The notes: generated by a model from the sequence alone, not told the origin. A stretch of DNA of 64,000 nucleotides from Escherichia coli (GCF_965641715.1 NZ_OZ282454.1), one strand, 5' to 3'; counted from the first letter of the stretch, positions 10,339 to 21,064 are shown. A program made the numbers and translations.

Positions 10339-10552
10339 AGTGTTTCCTCTGCCTTTCCTGATACGCCTGACATTCAACGCACAACGTCACACCGGGAAAT
10401 ATTTTCCGCCGGGCTTCCGGAATAGGATTTCCGCATGCTTCACAGAGATAAACAGGAATACTATGAACATTTATTTTCTGGCGTATCCGGTTTATTCCTG
10501 TCATGGTCAGTTGTTCTGTCACTGAATATGCTTCATCGGCTTCATCACTCAC
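10331..10552 (-). CDS. traR: TraR (DksA/TraR C4 zinc-finger family)
   Basis: 73 aa with CxxC...CxxC (CEACGNPIPEARRKIFPGVTLCVECQ). Confidence 0.9.
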   Translation of the reverse strand: MSDEADEAYSVTEQLTMTGINRIRQKINVHSIPVYLCEACGNPIPEARRKIFPGVTLCVECQAYQERQRKHYA

Positions 10553-10686
10553 GGAATATTCCTCCCGACATGTTCTGACACGCTACCGCCCATCCCTTTT
10601 CACGCACAGGGCACTCGTTTTACAGGCAGATTATGAATACAGAAAGCCCGCCGGCATTGCCGGCTGATATACAACTTCAGGGCCAG

Positions 10687-11202
10687 TTAATTAATGCGTG
10701 GTTTTCCCCACGCAGACGGTTTAATAACAAAAAACACGCTGGATGGCTGATGATAAACATCCTGATTATCAATATAAGGCGCTATCCATAATGCTGCCGT
10801 CTGCTCACCCGTTCTTAGCGGACGGGGAGGTGTTACCGGCGCAACTGAACTGACCGGAACAACCGTTTTCACTTCCCGGGCAGCCGTAAACAATGGACGT
10901 GGTGCCAGCAGTTTCTGCTCCGGAAGTGCTGTCACCGCTGGTCTGCTGCCGGACGGAGTGGTCGCGGTGACGGTCTGCACCGGCATTGTCCGGAAGTTCC
11001 CTTCAGCCAGGCGCGGCAGTGATGCCGCAACCGGCTTTGCTTCTGAGGACTGCTCCAGTTTTTTGGCCTTCTCATTGGCCTGCTCCATCGTCATACAGGT
11101 ATCGGATGTGGTGGCGTTACACTCAAATTCCGTATTTGTTCCAGCGCAGCCGGAAAGTAATAAGGTCCCCAGCAGAGGAATAAATAAAGAAATCTGTTTC
11201 AT
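10687..11202 (-). CDS. traV: TraV outer-membrane lipoprotein
   Basis: 171 aa; lipobox LLLSGC; operon position. Confidence 0.9.
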   Translation of the reverse strand: MKQISLFIPLLGTLLLSGCAGTNTEFECNATTSDTCMTMEQANEKAKKLEQSSEAKPVAASLPRLAEGNFRTMPVQTVTATTPSGSRPAVTALPEQKLLAPRPLFTAAREVKTVVPVSSVAPVTPPRPLRTGEQTAALWIAPYIDNQDVYHQPSSVFFVIKPSAWGKPRIN

Positions 11203-11450
11203 TGCCCTTCACCTTTTTTATTACTCCCCACAACAGCAGAAATTAACTCTGCTGTCAGATTTGTTTTCCCTGCACAGGGATGTCCGGAGACCACTGTATT
11301 TCCCGGAGAAGAAAATAAGCTCATCGACATTCCCTTCTTCATCACACCGACAGCAGCCATATTAAAATTGTGCGGCAATGATTCAGAACTGAACTCCTTC
11401 GGAGCAGGAAGAACTATTTTTGTGGTGCAGTTACTGAGAACAGCATGCAT
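11199..11450 (-). CDS. trbG: TrbG
   Basis: 83 aa from internal Met of ORF 11199-11567; length and position as in F; trbD location not resolved. Confidence 0.6.
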   Translation of the reverse strand: MHAVLSNCTTKIVLPAPKEFSSESLPHNFNMAAVGVMKKGMSMSLFSSPGNTVVSGHPCAGKTNLTAELISAVVGSNKKGEGQ

Positions 11451-11505
11451 AAAATCATCTGATACGTTTTTATCTGGCACAACGCGGGCTGTAATAACAT
11501 TAATA

Positions 11506-12096
11506 TTACGCATGTTCATTTTTATCTCCGTTGCTTCTGTTTGTTCGGTCATCAGGGAAATAAACATGGCATTTCCTGATTTTTCCCGGCAGGGAAGCGT
11601 CTTCCGTATAAACGTCCTTCAGATATTCATCTGCGGTTACCACCCGGATACATTTCATTTTTCCGGGCAGCACCGGATATTTCCCGGTGATCGCTGCCAG
11701 CGAGACATACATCAGTGCCAGTGTTGCCCATAATGCGGTGACCAGTTGCATCAGTGACCGGTCAGTCTCCCTGACATAATCTGCAGCATCAGCCGCGCGG
11801 TAATGGCAGATATCCTGTATTTCTGATCTGCCTGAAGAATCAGAGGAAGAAAACCAGCATTCACTGACCGGGAACTGTCCGGCAGGTGCTGTTTGTCTTA
11901 CGAAGTTAATCTCCTTAACCAGTAATTTCCCCGGCGTGGTGTTGTCCTTCCATAAAACAAACAGAGCCATCAGGGCCATTGTGGCCAGAGGCAGAATGAC
12001 GGTGTACTTCAGACACCAGAACAGTCCTCGCAGAACCCGGGCGACAACATACCGGGCGGCATGGCACGCCTGACGGGCCGACATATTATTTGCCAT
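11506..12096 (-). CDS. traP: TraP inner-membrane protein
   Basis: 196 aa as in F TraP; operon position. Confidence 0.85.
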   Translation of the reverse strand: MANNMSARQACHAARYVVARVLRGLFWCLKYTVILPLATMALMALFVLWKDNTTPGKLLVKEINFVRQTAPAGQFPVSECWFSSSDSSGRSEIQDICHYRAADAADYVRETDRSLMQLVTALWATLALMYVSLAAITGKYPVLPGKMKCIRVVTADEYLKDVYTEDASLPGKIRKCHVYFPDDRTNRSNGDKNEHA

Positions 12097-13513
12097 CGTT
12101 GCCTCCTCCCTGGCTGCCGGACATAAACTGCTGCGGATTCAGGTTGCCCAGCTGCTTCAGCATCTGGTCAGTATTAAAGCCGTTAAGATGACTTTCAGCT
12201 GATGGCGGAACAGGAACCGGACTTTCCGGATTATCTTCTTCCGCTCTGTTCTGCGTGCGCTCCAGCGCCATCTCTTCCACGGTTTTCAGCTGGAAGCCGT
12301 CCTGGAACACCACGGTCACTTCGTTGCCCGCACCAATCGGTATCACCGGGTGATACTGTTCGGCACGTTTGATGTAGTAGTCACTGAGCGTCTGTGCGGC
12401 TTTCGATGCGCCGCCACCGATACCCATTTTAAGGACATCGCCGGCCCCGTAAGCAGCAGTGGCACCCAGCCCGACAGCCGGCTGGGAAGCACGCTCCATT
12501 CCCTGACCGATACCGTCAACAAATCCCGCGCCCCATGCCCAGCCGAGGATTTTGCCGTTACGCATCACCACTTCGCCCTTAATACCGTTTTTACCCCGGA
12601 AGCTGACATGCCCCTTAATCGGCATATCAATGGTTTTGCCGTCCTTCAGGCAGCTGATATTGCGGGTACGTACAATGGCACGCTCACTGGAGACATCCCC
12701 CCAGGCTTCCAGACCCACAAAACATCCCTTTGCGTCATACGTTTTGCTGTTCGGCATTTCCACCAGGCCGATGATACGCAGCTGCATCGGCACCGTGGAT
12801 TCATTACCAGTAACAGAGGCATTGGCATCCGCCCCTTCAATCAGCATGGCTTTCGCAAAACTTCCTGACGGAATGTACGGCAGCGAGGGGCCCTGTTTTC
12901 CCTCATTACGGGTGAACACCTTACGCTGTATCCGGTTAGGCACCGGTACAGACTGGTACGTCACCTGCGGTGGTGGCGTGACACCATTCCCGGGATAAAA
13001 CGCCGTCGGCGGTGGAACAGCAACGCTGCCCTGCGGCGGGAAAGATACGGGTGTGTTTCCTGGCTGTGGTTCGCCTTCCGGGCCGGGCGGTGAGGCTGGC
13101 GTCTGCGGTACTGGCTCACCGGTCGCGGTGACAGGATTTGCACCCAGGGCTTTCACCTGCTCTGCCAGTGCAGCATTGTCCTGTCCCAGCTTTTCAATAC
13201 GACGCTGGTCATCACCGCGCTGTTTGTTCAGGACATCCAGCTCACGACGGATTTCCTCATACTGCTTCTGCATCTGTGCTGCCGTCACCTGCATCTCTGT
13301 GGTGGCATGCTGACGCACCTTGTCATCAAAGGTCGTATCCACCACACCGGTCATATCCGGCACAGGCTCCTGTTCAGCCACGGTTTCACCGTTACCGGAC
13401 ATGTCCACATCAGACAGATACAGTGCCCCACCAATCGCGGAGGCTGCACCGACAACCACAATCCCCAGCCACAGGTACTGCTTGCGTTTCACAATGGTAT
13501 TGATACTGGCCAT
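12086..13513 (-). CDS. traB: TraB (VirB10-like)
   Basis: 475 aa, N-terminal TM, Pro-rich linker, conserved C-terminal domain. Confidence 0.93.
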   Translation of the reverse strand: MASINTIVKRKQYLWLGIVVVGAASAIGGALYLSDVDMSGNGETVAEQEPVPDMTGVVDTTFDDKVRQHATTEMQVTAAQMQKQYEEIRRELDVLNKQRGDDQRRIEKLGQDNAALAEQVKALGANPVTATGEPVPQTPASPPGPEGEPQPGNTPVSFPPQGSVAVPPPTAFYPGNGVTPPPQVTYQSVPVPNRIQRKVFTRNEGKQGPSLPYIPSGSFAKAMLIEGADANASVTGNESTVPMQLRIIGLVEMPNSKTYDAKGCFVGLEAWGDVSSERAIVRTRNISCLKDGKTIDMPIKGHVSFRGKNGIKGEVVMRNGKILGWAWGAGFVDGIGQGMERASQPAVGLGATAAYGAGDVLKMGIGGGASKAAQTLSDYYIKRAEQYHPVIPIGAGNEVTVVFQDGFQLKTVEEMALERTQNRAEEDNPESPVPVPPSAESHLNGFNTDQMLKQLGNLNPQQFMSGSQGGGNDGK

Positions 13514-14241
13514 CAGTTGCCCTCCCCGTCACGGATGACATACACATCCATGCGCGCACCTGCCAGTAACTGGCTGGCAGGCTGGCTGAACATCACGGCA
13601 CGGGTTCCCGGCTGCCAGAAGTCACTTTCCCGGATATTCAGGGCAGACAGCGTTTTATTTTCCACGGCAAAGCGGATCATCTTCAGGTGATTCCCCGTCC
13701 ATACAGCATCTGCCACTGAAGACAGCCCCGCCGGGGTCTGCAGGGTTTCTTTTGTCACCGGGACCTGATACCAGCCTGCAGGTAATTTTCCGCCACGGAC
13801 GGCTTGGCTGATGGTCACAAGCAGGGATTCGTAAGGCGTGGACGTTTCCCACGCTCCGGCTTCTTCTCCGGTTCCGCGCAGGTCACTGACCAGCTGAATG
13901 GTACGCCCCGCGCCTTCACGGGGAACGGCCTGAATGGAAAGATTCAGACCACGTTCTGTTTCCAGAATGAACGTAAAGGGCTTTTTGTTGACGGTGGCCA
14001 CCACCACACCGCCGGAGGCGGTCTGCTCATTATTGGTCAGGGCACCATCCAGACTGTTCACGGCGATAATCCGGTCACCGGGAACGGTAAACAGATTCGG
14101 GCTGGTATTGCTGATGGCAATACTGGCCTGACCACCGTTCACCATTGGCACCACGGTGGGGGCCAGCGTACCGTTTGCGGCCATCACGCTGCAGGAAAAA
14201 AACAAGCTGCCGAATATTATTGCCGTATTATTTTTTCTCAT
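13513..14241 (-). CDS. traK: TraK (VirB9/secretin-like)
   Basis: 242 aa with signal peptide; operon position. Confidence 0.9.
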   Translation of the reverse strand: MRKNNTAIIFGSLFFSCSVMAANGTLAPTVVPMVNGGQASIAISNTSPNLFTVPGDRIIAVNSLDGALTNNEQTASGGVVVATVNKKPFTFILETERGLNLSIQAVPREGAGRTIQLVSDLRGTGEEAGAWETSTPYESLLVTISQAVRGGKLPAGWYQVPVTKETLQTPAGLSSVADAVWTGNHLKMIRFAVENKTLSALNIRESDFWQPGTRAVMFSQPASQLLAGARMDVYVIRDGEGN

Positions 14242-14794
14242 CGTCTGTTTCCCCGAAATTATCCAGCCAGGTCACCCCGTTTTCCCGCTTCAGAATAAGG
14301 ATGTAATGTTTGATATCAGTGAAAGGTTTTGAATCACCAATCCAGGTTTTAAGCACACCACGAATTTCCACACGGCCATACTGAGGCCAGACACGAACAC
14401 TGGTCTGGAAAAAGGCTGAGTTCACGTTATCGTTTTTAATACGCTTCGCTTCTTCAGCCAGAATAACTTTCATCTGGTTCTGTGCGCCCGGGCGGATATA
14501 TTGCAGAAGCGCCTGATGTGAGGCATCGACGGTTTCTGATGAAACATTCAGACGGAGGGCAATAAATGACAGCGCCATCTGCTGTAAATAAGAGGCGTCG
14601 GCACTGTTCTGTGACACGGCAAAGGGGGCATTAAATGCCATTGGCGTCACGGCAGTGCGTTGCTCATTCTGAAGACGGTAGTTATTCACCACCTGAATGA
14701 CGTTAACAGAGAGGCTGAGAACAATAAGCACTGACATAAATATAAAGGCGATGGCCATTACACGACTGGTACTTAAACGGGCACCGTGTTCCAT
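14228..14794 (-). CDS. traE: TraE pilus assembly protein
   Basis: 188 aa, single N-terminal TM; length matches F TraE. Confidence 0.9.
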   Translation of the reverse strand: MEHGARLSTSRVMAIAFIFMSVLIVLSLSVNVIQVVNNYRLQNEQRTAVTPMAFNAPFAVSQNSADASYLQQMALSFIALRLNVSSETVDASHQALLQYIRPGAQNQMKVILAEEAKRIKNDNVNSAFFQTSVRVWPQYGRVEIRGVLKTWIGDSKPFTDIKHYILILKRENGVTWLDNFGETDDEKK

Positions 14795-14815
14795 ATAACA
14801 ATCCTGGTATCAGTT

Positions 14816-15127
14816 CTATTTAATCCACTGCCGGAAACACGAATCGGGAACATTATGAAAAATACCGCGCAGCAGGGCTGTTGGCATATACCAGTAAATC
14901 AGGTCTCGTAACCAGGAACTGCCCCGCCCTTTTTTCAGTTTTTTAATCCCGAAATAAACCAGAACCGCTGCACCAATACCGAACAGATATTTCGATGTTG
15001 TGATACCCCAGCCAATACAGATTGCTGCGGGGATCAGTTCATCCAGTGGCAGGCCAAACCAGCGGCTCTGGTTGGTCAGTGTTTCCGGGAAACGATATTT
15101 CTTAAGTTTATTCTCGTCTCCCGACAT
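14816..15127 (-). CDS. traL: TraL pilus assembly protein
   Basis: small membrane protein directly downstream of traA; true start may be internal. Confidence 0.8.
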
Positions 15128-15141
15128 CGTTTTATTTCCTG

Positions 15142-15501
15142 TCAGAGGCCAACGACGGCCATACCCACAGCAATAAATACAGAGATGATGGCAAAACCGG
15201 CCAGGAACTTGACGTTTTTGGTCATCATGTACATGACCGCACCGACCAGAACTTCAGCCAAAACGACCCATTTAACAACACTGGAGTCCTTACCGAAGGT
15301 CGCCTTAACCGTGGTGTTACCGCTTGCCATCAGGTCCTGGCCCTGTGCTGCCATTGCCAGTTGCGGGAAGAACATCATCAGAACAGCAGCCGGGATCACA
15401 GCGCGAGCCAGGCGAAGCATATTCAGACGAGTGAATTTAGAAAAAAACGACTTCTTTTTGACGGGCGCAGAAGCACCCTGAACACTTAAAACAGCATTCA
15501 T
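15142..15501 (-). CDS. traA: TraA propilin (F-pilin precursor), group II / ColB2-like N-terminus
   Basis: 119 aa; leader ...FFPQLAMA then mature [21 protein letters not shown]...; 2 aa shorter than recalled F (AGSSGQDL). Confidence 0.92.
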
Positions 15502-15533
15502 AAGTTACCTCAATTTCGGATAAATGAATAAAA

Positions 15534-15935
15534 CTAGAGTGTATTAAATGTTATATCTTCCTCTTTATCTGCCTCCCTGAATATCTCCGAGTTATAAAAA
15601 TCAGGAAACTTGATCAAATGATCAATAACTCTGTCTGCAGCCTCATCTGTTTTACACCATCCACTACGATTTTTGGCTGCAATAAGTAGCTGGTTAGTTT
15701 CATCATCCAGACGCATTGTCAGATACTTAACCAGCGACTTACCATAGATATTCCCTGCCCTGTTAAACTTTGGATAGCGGTGAAGATGATCTTTAAGTCT
15801 TATTACTGCCTCAAACGATCGACTTCTTCCGCTTCTGTTACTTGCCTCAATTAATAGACTTTCCACATCTACAGGTAATTTTAGTTTTACCATCTTACCT
15901 GTTGCAGAACGTGTACCAAATCTTTTCAATAACAC
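15534..15935 (-). CDS. traY: TraY (ribbon-helix-helix oriT-binding protein)
   Basis: near-identical to recalled F TraY (KRFGTRSATGKMVKLKLPVDVESLLIEASNRSGRSRSFEAVIRLKDHL); probable non-ATG start. Confidence 0.88.
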   Translation of the reverse strand: MLLKRFGTRSATGKMVKLKLPVDVESLLIEASNRSGRSRSFEAVIRLKDHLHRYPKFNRAGNIYGKSLVKYLTMRLDDETNQLLIAAKNRSGWCKTDEAADRVIDHLIKFPDFYNSEIFREADKEEDITFNTL

Positions 15936-16027
15936 CTCCCGCTGTTTATCTTCTGGTTACCACTTATGTTTGCAGAATAATCAGAAAAGGTAAATAGACG
16001 GAAAGTCTATATTTTATTAACACTTTA

Positions 16028-16717
16028 TTAACGCGTATTTATGATACACATAGCCTTCTCGTACAAATAATGAATAAACTTTTTATTGTAGAGTAAGATG
16101 ATTAACTCATCTTTATTAGAAACAGAGAAGTAGTCGCATATCAGAGATGCGTGTTTCTTTGATGTGGAGATGGATATGTTTAATATTCTTGCTATAGCAT
16201 TATGACTGATTCCGGTGCTATATAAGTAAAAGACATCATTTACATATGATGATACAGAAGAATCATCACTCATTCTTCTGATTATATTTCTGATATCATC
16301 ACTGACAATCGTTTTTTGATTATAACTGTCTTTATGACGAACATGAGCAGCATCATAAAATTGCCACAGAATGATATTTCTGTGTCCATTAAGAAATGAC
16401 TGGACAGATATTGTCCAGAATCTGTTCTGAATAAAAACATCCTCTACAAGATTAAGATGCGTATGCTCATTCCTGTATGCTTCCATCTCTGTGACAGAGA
16501 TCAATTCACAAAAATCTCTCTGCGACAGAAGCCATTTTTCAGCACTTTGATCTTGTGTAAGAAATGACTCATGAAACAGCGTATTGCAAAAAATAAATTT
16601 TCCAGTTTCGTCCCTGATACAGGCTGGATTTGGATAATCCTGAATAACTGCCGTCAGATTTTCCAGCAGATCTATTTGACGAGCATGTTTTTGTTGAATA
16701 CGATCCATCGGATACAT
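16028..16717 (-). CDS. traJ: TraJ transfer activator
   Basis: start at internal Met (MYPMDRIQQKHARQIDLLENL) with GAGGAGG RBS upstream; 229 aa as in F. Confidence 0.9.
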   Translation of the reverse strand: MYPMDRIQQKHARQIDLLENLTAVIQDYPNPACIRDETGKFIFCNTLFHESFLTQDQSAEKWLLSQRDFCELISVTEMEAYRNEHTHLNLVEDVFIQNRFWTISVQSFLNGHRNIILWQFYDAAHVRHKDSYNQKTIVSDDIRNIIRRMSDDSSVSSYVNDVFYLYSTGISHNAIARILNISISTSKKHASLICDYFSVSNKDELIILLYNKKFIHYLYEKAMCIINTR

Positions 16718-16797
16718 AGGAACCTCCTCACAAAGGATTCTATGGACAGTCGATGCAGGGAGGAGAGAACTCCCTGCATCGGCGATTTTCAAATTCA
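16715..16797 (+). ncRNA. finP: FinP antisense RNA (approximate ends)
   Basis: antisense to traJ leader/RBS; perfect hairpin GATGCAGGGAG...CTCCCTGCATC followed by GATTTT. Confidence 0.5.
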
Positions 16798-16903
16798 AAT
16801 TTTAACGTGGCATTAACCACGTAATTAATATACTAATTATCTTTCGTACTGTCACCCTTTTAAATCATAAAAACTCTGATGTTTGAACGAAGTCAAATTT
16901 CTT

Positions 16904-17287
16904 TTATTCATCATCATTTTTTGGAAAAAATCGTTCCATCTCAGATGATACCTTCTCCCTGATATCTTCAACCATATTGGCATATTCAAACTTTGGATTT
17001 CCGGAGACATGAGGACTGAGAGACTCAATACCCAAAATTTTCGCTACTGATGATTGTGTTTTTACAACGCATTCAAGAAGCAATTTATTAAACTCAGTCT
17101 GATTAAATGCAGACTCTTTACGCTCCATCTGAGCCTCATGTACACGAAGCCCCAGTTCAAGAAGCATTGACGCTGTTGCTGAAAAACTGACATCTTTTTC
17201 CCTTGCCCCTTCCTGTCGACGCTTCTCAATAATCGCATTTATTTTTTCATAGGCATCATTGCTGATATACAGGTTCACCTTAGCCAT
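16904..17287 (-). CDS. traM: TraM relaxosome accessory protein
   Basis: 127 aa identical over its length to recalled F TraM (MAKVNLYISNDAYEKINAIIEKRRQEGAREKD...). Confidence 0.95.
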   Translation of the reverse strand: MAKVNLYISNDAYEKINAIIEKRRQEGAREKDVSFSATASMLLELGLRVHEAQMERKESAFNQTEFNKLLLECVVKTQSSVAKILGIESLSPHVSGNPKFEYANMVEDIREKVSSEMERFFPKNDDE

Positions 17288-17289
17288 TA

Positions 17290-17640
17290 GAGATTACCTT
17301 TTTTGAACATAAAATAAAGTTAATTTCGAAACACTAAAATTCATAATGCAAACAGGGACGCACCGCTAGCAGCGCCCCTAGCGGTATCCTATAAAAAAAC
17401 ACACCGCGCCGCTAGCAGCACCCCTAATATAAAATAATGTTTTTTATAAAAATAGTCAGTCCCCCCCCTACAAAGCGGTGTCGGCGCGTTGTTGTAGCCG
17501 CGCCGACACCGCTTTTTTAAATATCATAAAGAGAGTAAGAGAAACTAATTTTTCATAACTCTCTATTTATAAAGAAAAATCAGCAAAAACTTGTTTTTGC
17601 GTGGGGTGTGGTGCTTTTGGTGGTGAGAACCACCAACTAG
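17290..17640 (+). promoter_or_regulatory. oriT: oriT region with F-type nic motif; inferred nic between 17609 and 17610
   Basis: TTTGCGTGGGGTGT/GGTGCTTTTGGTGGTGAGAACCACC at 17597-17635; GCTAGCAGC-containing direct repeats and a long inverted repeat (17479-17516) upstream; lies between traM and geneX. Confidence 0.8.
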
Positions 17641-17700
17641 TTGAGCCTTATTGTGGAGTAGGTTAAATTATTTCCGGATAATGTCACCAGAGGTGAAAAA

Positions 17701-18210
17701 ATGAAAAAGTGGATGTTAGCAATCTGCCTGATGTTTATAAATGGAATCTGCGAAGCCGCCGATTGCTTTGATCTTGCAGGTCTGGATTACAAAATAGACC
17801 CGGATTTACTGAGAGCGATATCATGGAAAGAATCCCGTTACCGGGTTAATGCCATTGGTATTAATCCGGTAACGGGATATGGCAGCGGACTGATGCAGGT
17901 AGACTCCCAGCATTTTAACGAACTGGCCCGCTACGGAATTAAGCCAGAACATCTGACAACAGATCCCTGCATGAACATTTATACCGGTGCCTATTATCTG
18001 GCAATAGCATTTAAAAAATGGGGCGTATCCTGGGAAGCCGTTGGTGCATACAATGCCGGATTCAAAAAGAGTGAACGCCAGAACCGGAGGCGTCTTGCTT
18101 ATGCATCAGACGTTTACCGGATTTATACCGGGATAAAGAGCAGTAAAGGCATCCGGGTTCCGACCACGAAGAAATCACTCCCCCAAATTAACAGTGTGCA
18201 GAACAATTAA
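17701..18210 (+). CDS. lytic transglycosylase GeneX/Orf169 (P19 family)
   Basis: 169 aa with signal peptide and SLT-like motifs (ISWKESRY...GLMQV...AYNAG); first gene beyond oriT. Confidence 0.88.
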   Translation: MKKWMLAICLMFINGICEAADCFDLAGLDYKIDPDLLRAISWKESRYRVNAIGINPVTGYGSGLMQVDSQHFNELARYGIKPEHLTTDPCMNIYTGAYYLAIAFKKWGVSWEAVGAYNAGFKKSERQNRRRLAYASDVYRIYTGIKSSKGIRVPTTKKSLPQINSVQNN

Positions 18211-18468
18211 TATTGTATACATTGTCAAATACCGGTTATGCCGCGACAGCGGCATGGAAGGCCACACACAAAAATATCATATGAGTGATAATGCTGACTG
18301 GCCGAAGCCCCGCAAAGCGGGAACCCATCTTATATATATCCGGTAACTACGCAGCCTCCTGCCAGACCATTTTTCGCGGGCACAATATTTACAGACTACC
18401 GAAAAGCCAGTTGATGAAATTGAGGTATATCAGACGACACAGCAATGCCGCAGGATGATAATATAAGT

Positions 18469-18492
18469 AAAGCCCCGAAAAATTTTTCGGGG
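18469..18492. terminator. palindromic hairpin, possible bidirectional terminator
   Basis: GCCCCGAAAAATTTTTCGGGGC followed by T-rich run; between convergent geneX and ORF 18666-19328. Confidence 0.4.
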
Positions 18493-18665
18493 CTTTACTT
18501 ATATTATCATGACTTCCACTCCCTGAACTGTTCGGCAATCATCCATAATGCTTTGTTGATTCGGATATCACCGTCAATGCCTGTAATTGCTCTTGTTCTG
18601 GTATTTTTACCGGAGGCACTTCGCCCCGATAATCCACCTTTTATCATATTCTCCTGAACCCGCTG

Positions 18666-19328
18666 CTAGGTTGTCCAGAGATCGTTCTGTTTATCCTCCC
18701 AACGGCGGGGAGTAATTATTTGTTCAGGCGTCACTGGCGTTTTATTTTCATCTTCATACCTGACCATCAATGCAGCTCTGCCAAATAAATATTGTTCGTC
18801 ACTGTTAAGATGTATCCCTTTCATTGTCTCCATATTTTCAGTGACTTTATCAAAGACACCGGGCACTTCATACGCTCCCTCAATAACCTGCCCGACAATA
18901 TCACCTTTATGTGGAACGCGGATTTCGCCAAAATTATTCCCGCACACCAGGCCATTTGTGTAGACAAAACGAAAAATTCCTGGGATCATCTGATAACTGG
19001 ATGAACCATCATGTGAATTAAGCAGGGTAATTTCAGGAACTTCTTTCCCGTTAATATGCCCTTCCCTGCGAAGACGTAACATATGTTTACTGTATTCGCG
19101 GCGTCCCAAATCACGAACCCGACTCTGACAGGCAAAGAACGGCTGGAAACCTTCATCACGTAACTTATTGATGATATTGATGGTTGGGATATATGTATAA
19201 CGCTCACTCCGGGATTCATGTTTATCACCAGAAAAAACAGATGGAACAAACTGCATTAATTCGTCATCCGTTAACGGGCGCTCACGGCGAATAGAATTAT
19301 ATCGACCAAAACGGGAAGCTAATCGCAT
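18666..19328 (-). CDS. hypothetical leading-region protein (possibly DUF932-like)
   Basis: 220 aa ORF; family assignment from memory only. Confidence 0.55.
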   Translation of the reverse strand: MRLASRFGRYNSIRRERPLTDDELMQFVPSVFSGDKHESRSERYTYIPTINIINKLRDEGFQPFFACQSRVRDLGRREYSKHMLRLRREGHINGKEVPEITLLNSHDGSSSYQMIPGIFRFVYTNGLVCGNNFGEIRVPHKGDIVGQVIEGAYEVPGVFDKVTENMETMKGIHLNSDEQYLFGRAALMVRYEDENKTPVTPEQIITPRRWEDKQNDLWTT

Positions 19329-19438
19329 AACAGTAACTCCTTTATGAAGGCATAAAATTAATAAAAATTTTTTCGCTTAATATCATCCCCCCTCGGTTAT
19401 CGTTAACAAAAAGACAACAATTCCGAGGGGAAGGACCA

Positions 19439-19735
19439 TCAAATCAGGTCAGTTCGGGACTGACCAACCTGCCGAGTGAAAAGCAGTAACAGCGCGATCA
19501 ACTCATCAGCGTTTTTTCTGACAAGAGGAGTATGATTCTCCAGGCTATCCAGTAAGTCATGCAGCTCATTATTGACCTGGTGGAGCACCTTAAAGAGTGC
19601 ACCAGAATCCCGGCAGCTCTGATATGCAAGGTTTGCCTGAACTGCACGATTCTGCATAATCCCGATTTGTGCGATTGCGTCTTTCTGCTGATCGCCTGTT
19701 GGCTGATAAGTGGTGTTAAAAGAAAATGCGCTCAT
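19439..19735 (-). CDS. hypothetical leading-region protein
   Basis: 98 aa ORF immediately downstream (in transcription sense) of repeat copy A. Confidence 0.45.
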   Translation of the reverse strand: MSAFSFNTTYQPTGDQQKDAIAQIGIMQNRAVQANLAYQSCRDSGALFKVLHQVNNELHDLLDSLENHTPLVRKNADELIALLLLFTRQVGQSRTDLI

Positions 19736-19749
19736 AATTCCTCCTGTAT

Positions 19750-20100
19750 CTGATGTTTTCAGCCCCCATCATCTGTTGAGTTTCGGGACCCGCCGCAACG
19801 ACGAAGAGCGCGTGCGCGAAACGGCGTTGCCCCTTACATCCCGGCGGCTTTTTGCCGGGATGCAAGGAGCGCAGGCCACGGCGCGACAGAGGCGGCGCGA
19901 CCGGAACGGTCGCTGCAAGCCCGGGGTTTTCACGCATCGGACCGTAGCGACAGCCCGAAACCGCGCCAGCGGGTTCGGCGGAGACTGGCAGGTGCGCCAG
20001 CAGCTGCCTGTCGGAGTCGGGCCTGACGACCGGATGCCGCCAGGCAGCCGGGAGCCGAAGGTGCGCCCGGCAGACAGGACAACACTGCTGTAGTCAGAAT
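19750..20100. repeat. Frpo/ssi-like leading-region repeat, copy A (shorter; lacks the 5' block)
   Basis: about 330 bp near-identical to 25431-25770 and similar to 28750-28890. Confidence 0.7.
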
Positions 20101-20351
20101 CAGAGCAGGAAGAAAAAGAGAATAATCACGGGAAAGGTAATGTCATTTCTGACAACTGACCATAAACAGAGAAGGCGGGGGAAAAGAACGGGCGCCGCAG
20201 GCGCACGTTCATCCCCTTTCCCGAAGGGAAAGCGCCTTCCAGGCAGTCTGGTTGTTCATGCCCGTACAATGCCAGCAAGGAGAAAGGGGCCACCGGCGAA
20301 CCAGCAGCCCCTTTATAAAGGCGCTTCAGTGCAGTCAGACCAGCATCAGCC

Positions 20352-20378
20352 CTGAAAAGGCGGGCCTGCGCCCGCCTC
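20352..20378 (-). terminator. rho-independent terminator of hok mRNA
   Basis: minus strand GGAGGCGGGCGCAGGCCCGCC then TTTTCAGGG, just 3' of hok stop. Confidence 0.5.
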
Positions 20379-20385
20379 CAGGTTG

Positions 20386-20547
20386 CTACTTACCGCCGGA
20401 TTCGTAAGCCATGCTTGCCGTAACCTCCCTGTATCCGTCCTTCAGCCGTATTTCGCACAGACGATTCCGGGTCAGGAGTGTGAATATCAACAACGTGCAG
20501 CACACGATTAATACGCACCAGATAAGGGCGTTTCCCGGTAGTTTCAT
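20386..20547 (-). CDS. hok: Hok/Gef family toxin (FlmA/Hok-like)
   Basis: hand translation [53 protein letters not shown] (53 aa); not in supplied ORF track (under 60 aa). Confidence 0.85.
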   Translation of the reverse strand: MKLPGNALIWCVLIVCCTLLIFTLLTRNRLCEIRLKDGYREVTASMAYESGGK

Positions 20548-20605
20548 GGTTTACTCCTCCTTGCAATTTGCACGGTAAGAGGCCATACTGACGTGGACTA
20601 GACAT
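20390..20605 (-). CDS. mok: Mok-like overlapping reading frame
   Basis: 71 aa ORF overlapping hok in a different frame, as in hok/mok/sok loci. Confidence 0.55.
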   Translation of the reverse strand: MSSPRQYGLLPCKLQGGVNHETTGKRPYLVRINRVLHVVDIHTPDPESSVRNTAEGRIQGGYGKHGLRIRR

Positions 20606-21064
20606 GCAAAGGCCTCGTGGGTTAATGAAAATTAACTACGGGGCTTTTGTCCTTCTGCCACACGACAGGATAACAAACCACCTTCACGTCATGAGGCAGA
20701 AAGCCTCAAGCGCCGGGCACATCATAGCCCATATACCTGCACGCTGACCACATTCACTTTCCCTGAAAATAATCCGGTCGTTCAGCCAGTTCACGGGCAA
20801 TCAGTTCATCCGCAAACAGTGGTGCATGCCTGTTGATACGTTTCTCCAGATTCCGCCGTCGTACCACAGCCTTACGTTCTTCGCTCCAGCGGCGCACCTA
20901 GCGGTCAGAAATAAAATCCAGACAGACCGCATACCCTGCACCGGCAACCCAGCGTGACATAACGGATGCCGGTGCAGGCTGCCCCGCCTCCACCACTTCT
21001 GAAACCAGTTCATGCTCGCCAGGACAGGGAGAAGGCAGTTTCCAGCGCAATGAGTAACGCCACT

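Noticed and set aside
11451-11567. N-terminal 39 codons of ORF 11199-11567 as part of trbG or as trbD
   Set aside because: trbG length (83 aa) is satisfied from the internal Met; the upstream stretch overlaps the traP 3' end and trbD could not be placed with confidence.
20140-20355. 71 aa plus-strand ORF
   Set aside because: Lies in the hok mRNA 3' region and terminator, opposite to all neighbouring genes; Arg/Gly/Pro-rich.
20560-20640. sok antisense RNA gene
   Set aside because: Expected opposite the mok start by analogy with hok/sok, but I could not identify promoter or terminator by eye, so it is not listed as a feature.
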